Assembly (NCBI RefSeq): GCF_014637345.1
Contig: NZ_BMEX01000003.1
Span: 1-64,000 of the forward strand
Length of the DNA: 64,000 bases
Direction: 5' to 3'
From: Kroppenstedtia guangzhouensis
Lineage (GTDB): Bacteria > Bacillota > Bacilli > Thermoactinomycetales > DSM-45169
The position numbers were made by a program, and so were the translations under genes. Under the pieces are notes generated by a model that saw only the letters and a program-made list of their open reading frames with translations, was not told the DNA's origin and did not search any database. Positions 57,889 through 64,000 of this stretch are shown piece after piece; position 1 is the first letter of the stretch; each line of letters opens with the position of its first letter.

Positions 57889-58056
57889 TCACATCAACGC
57901 CCGAAATCCGAAAAGGAAGGCCGGGACCAGAAGCAGGACGGCGAAAACAGACAACAAAATCCGGATCCATCCCGTACCCAACTGACGGGTCCATGAAATC
58001 GTGAAATTGGCAATCAACAGCAACACAATGCTGATCATGGCATCCAAGTCAATCAT
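57889..58056 (-). CDS. Small two-TM membrane protein (55 aa, YphE-like); not in the ORF track (<60 aa).
   Basis: Minus strand MIDLDAMISIVLLLIANFTISWTRQLGTGWIRILLSVFAVLLLVPAFLFGFRALM*, directly upstream of the lipoprotein gene. Confidence 0.3.
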   Translation of the reverse strand: MIDLDAMISIVLLLIANFTISWTRQLGTGWIRILLSVFAVLLLVPAFLFGFRALM

Positions 58057-58196
58057 CTTCCTTCTTCAGCATGTATTCAAACACCAGTATAGCAAAGTCC
58101 ACAGGCGCCCACCAATCCACCGGGCTTCCGTCCAATCCCTTCCAGGTCATTGGCATAGGATAGAGAGACAAATGCCCGAAGTGGAGGAGATCTTCC

Positions 58197-58724
58197 ATGC
58201 AAAAAAAAGCCTTGCAAACCAACCGGACCAACAGTCCCCCCAGACGTCGCCGGCCCCGGCAACAGAAACGTCTTCCCCCCAGGGAGACCCCGTCGGACTC
58301 TGCCTCAAACGGTCTGACCAAATTGATTACCGGATTTTACACATTTCGAACCACCTTGAAAGAATTCAGCGAATCCTTGCAACGGATGGAGAAAATCATG
58401 GATAACGCCTATCAGATGTTTGAAATGGCCACCCAATTCATGAATCAGAAACAATCCATCCCGGGACGCCCCCCTTTGCGTTTAGTACAGCCCAGACGGG
58501 AGGAGGAAGAGGAGGACGAAGAAGTGATTCCCCGTCTTAACCTGCCTTCGCTGGATGGCAATCCGGATTCCGATACCCCCTCATCCTCTCCTCCATTCCA
58601 GAATTTTGATTTCACCCAACTTCTCAAAATCCTTCAACTTCCCTTTGTCAGACGTTTGATGTCCGACTTGATGCAGGCGGGCCCCAGACAGAAGGGAACA
58701 CCCCGCAAACGGAAACAGGGGTGA
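58197..58724 (+). CDS. Hypothetical protein (175 aa) with a basic Arg-rich N-terminus and an acidic Glu-rich segment.
   Basis: RBS GGAGGAG 7 nt before the ATG; followed by terminator GGGGTGaCGCCTGCAGGCGcACCCC + TGTTTTT at ~58712-58750. Confidence 0.45.
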   Translation: MQKKALQTNRTNSPPRRRRPRQQKRLPPRETPSDSASNGLTKLITGFYTFRTTLKEFSESLQRMEKIMDNAYQMFEMATQFMNQKQSIPGRPPLRLVQPRREEEEEDEEVIPRLNLPSLDGNPDSDTPSSSPPFQNFDFTQLLKILQLPFVRRLMSDLMQAGPRQKGTPRKRKQG

Positions 58725-58881
58725 CGCCTGCAGGCGCACCCCTGTTTTTCCGGTTTGGTCGCCCAAGCATCCACTGGTCCCTGTTCCCCCTGGCAAGAGC
58801 CGCATTGTTGCACAGCAGCCAAACCGGATGTACTAACAACGTATGTGGGAGTTTGACGCTTTGCAACGAATCATGGATACA

Positions 58882-59922
58882 TTAGGCGGTCGGGCCTGAC
58901 GAACCTCGCATCATCTCTTCCATCTCATCCGTCTTTCCCCGGGCCATCAAATCTTCCACTGCCTTTCGGGGTGGTTTTCCTTCAAAAAGGACCGCATGAA
59001 GTTCCTGGGTGATCGGCATCTCCACTTGATATCTTCGGGCAAGCTCCCGGGCCGCTTGGGTCGTTTTGATCCCTTCCACCACCATTCCCATCCGTTTCAG
59101 CACTTCCTCCATCCCCAGGCCACGGCTAAGCAGATGGCCCGCCCGCCAGTTCCGGCTGTGACGGCTCGTACAAGTGACCACCAAATCACCTACACCTGAC
59201 AGCCCAGCGAAAGTGATCGGTTTGGCTCCCATCGCCATACCCAGGCGCGCCATTTCCGCCAGTCCACGGGTGATCAATGCTGCTTTCGCATTATCCCCAA
59301 AACCGAGCCCATCGGAAAGTCCCGCACCCAAAGCGATAATGTTTTTCAGAGAACCGCCCACCTCAGTTCCGATCACATCGGGATGAGTGTAAACCCTTAA
59401 GTAGGAATTGATCAATAATCCTTGTGCCTCTTTAGCGACAGAAGAATTATTGGATGCCACCACCACCGTCGTGGGAGATTTCCGGATCACCTCCTCTGCG
59501 TGACTCGGACCGGACAACACAGCGATCCGTTCCGCCGCCATGGGCAACTCCTCCTCCAGCACCACGGACATGCGCTTCAGGGATCCTAGTTCAAACCCTT
59601 TGGCCGCATGTAACACCAGTGTATCCTTTCCCAATCGGGGAGCCATACTCCGGGCCACCACCCTCATCGATTGGGAGGGAACCACCACCATCACCAGATC
59701 TTTACCCGTCACCGCCTCCTCCATGGAATCCGTGGCCTGAAGTGTTTCCGACAATCGGACTTCCGGCAGATATTTGCTGTTACTATGATTTTGAGTGATC
59801 TCCTCCGCAAGTTTCCTTTTGCGGGCCCACAGCGTCACATCGAGGCCGTTCTCGACCAATACCGAAGCGAGAACGGTTCCCCAACTGCCTGCACCGAGTA
59901 CAGCCGCACTTTTTTTGGTCAT
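58882..59922 (-). CDS. gpsA: NAD(P)H-dependent glycerol-3-phosphate dehydrogenase.
   Basis: Rossmann AVLGAGSWGT plus the GpsA core. Confidence 0.9.
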   Translation of the reverse strand: MTKKSAAVLGAGSWGTVLASVLVENGLDVTLWARKRKLAEEITQNHSNSKYLPEVRLSETLQATDSMEEAVTGKDLVMVVVPSQSMRVVARSMAPRLGKDTLVLHAAKGFELGSLKRMSVVLEEELPMAAERIAVLSGPSHAEEVIRKSPTTVVVASNNSSVAKEAQGLLINSYLRVYTHPDVIGTEVGGSLKNIIALGAGLSDGLGFGDNAKAALITRGLAEMARLGMAMGAKPITFAGLSGVGDLVVTCTSRHSRNWRAGHLLSRGLGMEEVLKRMGMVVEGIKTTQAARELARRYQVEMPITQELHAVLFEGKPPRKAVEDLMARGKTDEMEEMMRGSSGPTA

Positions 59923-59941
59923 AAAAACCCTTCCCTCCGCT

Positions 59942-60547
59942 CTAACTCCGTTGTTCTCCGGCTGATCCCAGTTTGCTCTCCGTTCCTTTGAGAAGGCGCC
60001 TGATATTGGTGCTGTGTCGGATAAAGGCCATCAAGGTGATCACCAGACTGAGATACACATAGGAAGCGGGATAATCCAAAAAGGCAATTATCAGAGGCAA
60101 ACCGGCGGCAAAAATTAAAGAGCCGAGGGATACGTAACGGGTAAGAAGAATAACAAAAATAGCCGCCACTCCAGAGATCAACGCCGCCGCCAAGGTGAGC
60201 AGAGCTGTGACACCGATGGTGGTCGCAATCCCTTTTCCCCCCCGAAAACCGAGAAAGACAGGCCAGTTATGCCCGATTATTGCCGCCACTCCTGCCGCCA
60301 TCATCAGCGTCGGATGATCAGTCACTGCAGCAGCCAGTCCCACAGCAGCCATCCCTTTCAAGGCATCCAGGATAAAAACCGCAGCGGCAGGCCCTTTGCC
60401 GACCACTCGTAACATGTTGGTCGCACCGGCATTGCCACTGCCGTACCGACGGATGTCAAACCCCTTCATAAAACGGGTGATCCAATAGCTGAAACTGATC
60501 GAGCCGATTAAATATGAGACAAGCAAGATCCATACGAATGTCCCCAT
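59942..60547 (-). CDS. plsY: Glycerol-3-phosphate acyltransferase PlsY.
   Basis: Start MGTFVWILLVSYLIGSISFSYW...; PlsY motifs (GSGNAGATN, GGKGIAT). Confidence 0.85.
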   Translation of the reverse strand: MGTFVWILLVSYLIGSISFSYWITRFMKGFDIRRYGSGNAGATNMLRVVGKGPAAAVFILDALKGMAAVGLAAAVTDHPTLMMAAGVAAIIGHNWPVFLGFRGGKGIATTIGVTALLTLAAALISGVAAIFVILLTRYVSLGSLIFAAGLPLIIAFLDYPASYVYLSLVITLMAFIRHSTNIRRLLKGTESKLGSAGEQRS

Positions 60548-60566
60548 CCTCCTCCCCCTCTCTTGT

Positions 60567-61889
60567 TTAGATCTCTTTTTTCTTTTGGCGCAAAAGAATC
60601 CGGATCGGGGTTCCGATAAAACCAAAAGCCTCCCGCAGCTGATTCTCCAAATATCGTTGATAAGTAAAATGAACCCGTTCCGGATCGTTGACAAACAGCA
60701 CGAAAACCGGCGGCTTCACAGATACCTGTGTTCCGTAGTACACCTTGGTTCGCTTACCGTTCACCGTGGGAGGCGGAGTCGACATAATTGCATCCTGTAA
60801 CACCTGATTGAGAACAGAAGTGGACACGCGCATGGCATGCTGCTCGGCCACTTCTTTTACCACCGGCAAGGTTTTCGTCACTCGTTGCCCGGTCTTTGCC
60901 GATGTAAAGAGGATGGGGGCGTAATCCATGAAAGCAAATTCTTGGCGGACTTCCCCGATCATGTTATTCATCGTTTGATCGTCTTTATCCACCGCATCCC
61001 ATTTGTTTACAACTAAAACCGCCCCTCTTCCCGCATCGTGGGCGATCCCGGCCACCCGTTTATCCTGTTCGGTCACCCCTTCCGTCCCGTCCAACACGAT
61101 CAACACGACATCGGATCGTTCAATCGCTTTCAACGCTCTCAGAACACTGTATTTTTCCGTGCTTTCGTACACCTTTCCCCGCTTTCGCATCCCGGCCGTA
61201 TCAATAATGACATAATCCTGCCCCTCATGAGTGAAAGGAGTGTCCACGGCATCCCGAGTGGTACCTGCGATGGGACTCACAATCACCCGCTCCTCCCCAA
61301 GGATCCGGTTGACCAGCGAGGATTTTCCCACATTGGGACGGCCGATGATGGAAACACGGATGGTATCACTGTCATATTCTTGCTCTTTCCCATCCGGTAG
61401 ACGATCCACCACCGCATCCAACAGATCTCCCGTCCCCGTTCCATGAAGGGAAGAGATACCGATCGGTTCATCAAAGCCCAATTGGTAAAACTCGTAGACG
61501 TTCTGATGATGTTTTACATCGTCTAGTTTGTTGACGGCTAGAACTACCGGTTTATTGGAACGATGCAAAACATGGGAAACCTCTTCATCTGTGGAGGTCA
61601 CCCCATCATTCCCATCCACCACGAACAGGATCACATCCGCCTCTTCGATCGCCAATTCGGCCTGATGGCGAACATGTTCCACCACTTCATCTTTTTTTCC
61701 GAATTCTAAACCGCCGGTGTCGATCACATGAAAATGACGTCCCGACCAATCGCCGCGACTGTATATCCGATCCCGCGTGATCCCCGGTCTGTCCTCTACA
61801 ATCGCTATCCGTTCTCCGGCGATCCGGTTGAACAGTGTGGACTTTCCCACGTTGGGGCGGCCCACGATGGCTACAATTGGCAAACTCAT
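60567..61889 (-). CDS. der: Ribosome-biogenesis GTPase Der (EngA), with tandem GTP-binding domains.
   Basis: Two G-domains (GRPNVGKST / GRPNVGKSS) plus a KH-like C-terminus; start likely [10 protein letters not shown]. Confidence 0.9.
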   Translation of the reverse strand: MSLPIVAIVGRPNVGKSTLFNRIAGERIAIVEDRPGITRDRIYSRGDWSGRHFHVIDTGGLEFGKKDEVVEHVRHQAELAIEEADVILFVVDGNDGVTSTDEEVSHVLHRSNKPVVLAVNKLDDVKHHQNVYEFYQLGFDEPIGISSLHGTGTGDLLDAVVDRLPDGKEQEYDSDTIRVSIIGRPNVGKSSLVNRILGEERVIVSPIAGTTRDAVDTPFTHEGQDYVIIDTAGMRKRGKVYESTEKYSVLRALKAIERSDVVLIVLDGTEGVTEQDKRVAGIAHDAGRGAVLVVNKWDAVDKDDQTMNNMIGEVRQEFAFMDYAPILFTSAKTGQRVTKTLPVVKEVAEQHAMRVSTSVLNQVLQDAIMSTPPPTVNGKRTKVYYGTQVSVKPPVFVLFVNDPERVHFTYQRYLENQLREAFGFIGTPIRILLRQKKKEI

Positions 61890-62055
61890 GGGTCTGAATT
61901 CCTCTCCTCCATATTCCAACCGCAGATCCCCGCCACGAAAGGCATCACATCCCGGCGGCGGATTATCAGTTAGATTCTAACACAGAAGGACCTTTTTCGC
62001 CCATACCCACGAAGCGATGTGCTCCATCTGAACTGGCGTGGATTTCACCGACCCC

Positions 62056-62724
62056 TCAGGTCCTTCGAAACTGGCGAACCCAAGCCATCATAAAACGTAT
62101 CGCATAATGGGAAACCAAGATGGCGGCCCATGTAATCCAAAAAACATCCAAAGCTGACGGCGCCCCAAACACGACTGGATTCAATTCCTTCCTGTGCAAG
62201 ATCAATGTCATCCACTCCGCCATCCACAGTCCCCCGGCAGCCACGATCAGTCGGATATGAAGCTGACGGGAAGTGAAGAGTGCCATCCCCCCAGCAACCC
62301 CGGTTCCCAAAACACGGAAACCGCTTTCGCTGATCGCTGGAACCCACCAATACAACTCATGAAGAAGAAACAGGATGGAGCCTGCAAGGGAAACAGCGGG
62401 AACCCAATCCGTCATCATAACCCGCTTCATCCTTATCAATCGGATCAGAAAGGGCAGTAACAACAACATCCCTCCCTGAATCTTCAAGACTTCCCCGACC
62501 GGAACTTCCACTCTCAGCAACGATGTTACAGCCAACAACCCGAGGACCAGCCCCGGTCTGCTCCATTTCAGTTGCTGCTCCAACCCCGGAAACCAACCGG
62601 TCTGAATCAATACCGCTATTGATAGGGACGACAGTAATGCCAATGTACCGTCAACCACGGGCAACTCCCTCCGAAAGAACCCCGTTTCACGGTAGTATGT
62701 CTGTTTCCTCTTTGGTTCAGCCAA
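62056..62724 (-). CDS. Hypothetical polytopic membrane protein (YphA-like).
   Basis: 5-6 TM helices; lies between der and rpsA. Confidence 0.45.
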   Translation of the reverse strand: MAEPKRKQTYYRETGFFRRELPVVDGTLALLSSLSIAVLIQTGWFPGLEQQLKWSRPGLVLGLLAVTSLLRVEVPVGEVLKIQGGMLLLLPFLIRLIRMKRVMMTDWVPAVSLAGSILFLLHELYWWVPAISESGFRVLGTGVAGGMALFTSRQLHIRLIVAAGGLWMAEWMTLILHRKELNPVVFGAPSALDVFWITWAAILVSHYAIRFMMAWVRQFRRT

Positions 62725-62759
62725 AAAAGCCCCCGGACATGGCCGGAGGCTTTTTACAA

Positions 62760-63908
62760 TTACTTCAATCGGCGGAGTTGATCACCGAAAACATCACCCA
62801 GGGTCACATTCATCCCGCTGTTGTTACGGTCCAAATTTTTCATTTCCTCGCGGGTTTCTTCCTGTTCCACCTCTTTGATGCTGAGGCTGATGCGTTTTTG
62901 TTCCGGTTGCATATCCAATACTTTTACCCGGACTTCCTGTCCCTCTTCCAGCTCCTCAGAAGGAGTGGCGATATGGCGCCGGGAAATCTGGGAGATATGA
63001 ACCAGACCCTCCACTCCCTCATACACTTCCACAAAGGCACCAAAGGAGACCAGCCGCTTCACTGTACCCGTCACAATATCCCCGGTCTTGATCTCTTCGG
63101 AGACTTTCTCCCAGGGACCCGGTTGGGTCTCTTTGATACTGAGGCTGATGCGCTCGTTTTGTTGATCCACTTTGAGGACTTTCACCTGAACCTGATCCCC
63201 TTCGGAAATCACTTCAGAAGGATGTTCCACCCGGTTCCAGGCCAGTTCGGAAACATGGACCAGACCGTCGACTCCACCGATATCCACAAAAGCACCGAAA
63301 TCGGTCAACCGTTGAACTGTACCTTCCATCACCTGACCCGGTTCCAAGCTCGCCAGGATTTCCTGTTTCCGTTGCTCAGCTTCTTCATCAAGAACCGCCT
63401 TGCGGGACAGAATCAGTTTGTTCTTGGCCGGATCGATTTCAATCACTTTAAGGGGCAGAGTGCGTCCTTTATAGTCGGAGAAATCCTCGACGTAATGGCG
63501 TTCAACCAGCGAAGCGGGAATAAATCCGCGAACTCCGAGGTCCACCACCAGACCGCCTTTGACCACATCGGCAACTTCCGCTTCCAGGGTTTCGCCGCTT
63601 TCGTATTTTTGTTGCAGCTCTTCCCAGGCACGATCTGCATCCACCGCTTTTTTGGAAAGTACCAGCTTGTCTTCCTCATCGTTGATCCGGAGCACTTTCA
63701 CTTCCACCTCGTCCCCTTCTGACAGGACATCGGAAGCTTTATCCACATGCAGACTGGACAGTTCCGAGATCGGGACCACACCGTCAAACTTGTAGTTGAC
63801 ATCCACCAAGACCTGATGATCTTCAACCTTGGTAACTTTCCCCTTGACGATATCTCCGCGGTTCAACGGAGTCACCTCTGCCATTTCAGATTTCATTTCT
63901 TCCACCAT
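62760..63908 (-). CDS. rpsA: 30S ribosomal protein S1 homologue (four S1 domains).
   Basis: Four repeats of the S1 OB-fold (G.V..G.V....FGAFV......GLVHISE...). Confidence 0.85.
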   Translation of the reverse strand: MVEEMKSEMAEVTPLNRGDIVKGKVTKVEDHQVLVDVNYKFDGVVPISELSSLHVDKASDVLSEGDEVEVKVLRINDEEDKLVLSKKAVDADRAWEELQQKYESGETLEAEVADVVKGGLVVDLGVRGFIPASLVERHYVEDFSDYKGRTLPLKVIEIDPAKNKLILSRKAVLDEEAEQRKQEILASLEPGQVMEGTVQRLTDFGAFVDIGGVDGLVHVSELAWNRVEHPSEVISEGDQVQVKVLKVDQQNERISLSIKETQPGPWEKVSEEIKTGDIVTGTVKRLVSFGAFVEVYEGVEGLVHISQISRRHIATPSEELEEGQEVRVKVLDMQPEQKRISLSIKEVEQEETREEMKNLDRNNSGMNVTLGDVFGDQLRRLK

Positions 63909-64000
63909 GACGACAACCTCCTCATTTACCTGCGACAGAATAACCTGATTTATGATCTCCCCGGGAGTGGAGAGATGAACAATGAAATTAAGAAAGCCAG

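Overview
The window is GC-rich DNA (about 55-60% GC) from a spore-forming Bacillales-type Firmicute; ftsH/spoIVA/Ku-type gene content supports this. Nearly all genes are on the minus strand.

Positions ~17.2-64 kb form a core block collinear with the B. subtilis rpsA-der-gpsA-spoIVA-hbs-folE-mtrB-hepST/menG-ndk-aroFBH-trpEDCFBA-hisC-tyrA-aroA-ypiFBA-qcrABC-ypjABCD-dapB-mgsA-bshB1-bshA-cca-birA-panBCD region. It includes a trp leader with a TRAP-binding GAG-repeat array plus attenuator, and a tRNA-Pro(GGG) lying between folE and mtrB.

The left ~17 kb is accessory. It holds a decayed Tn4430-like transposon: res-like repeats, the tyrosine recombinase TnpI, and a truncated TnpA fused in frame to a polysaccharide-deacetylase remnant, with a putative antitoxin/toxin at the window edge. 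Next come a frameshifted wrbA, an MhqO-like dioxygenase, aspB, a short FtsH paralogue translationally coupled to an unknown membrane protein, and an MtaD-like amidohydrolase. Last is an NHEJ island with Ku downstream of a TPR protein and LigD split into stand-alone polymerase and ligase genes, interleaved with tiny plus-strand genes, one of them a Tyr/Phe/Pro-rich coat-like peptide.

A ~2.5 kb insertion breaks the conserved dapB-mgsA junction. It carries an SPFH/band-7 protein with a triplicated N-terminal repeat, tRNA-like fragments and an SDR gene scar.

A ~100-nt intergenic element of unknown identity, possibly a structured RNA, occurs twice, at ~11.9 kb and ~29.8 kb.

Coordinates derived by hand may be off by 1-2 nt.
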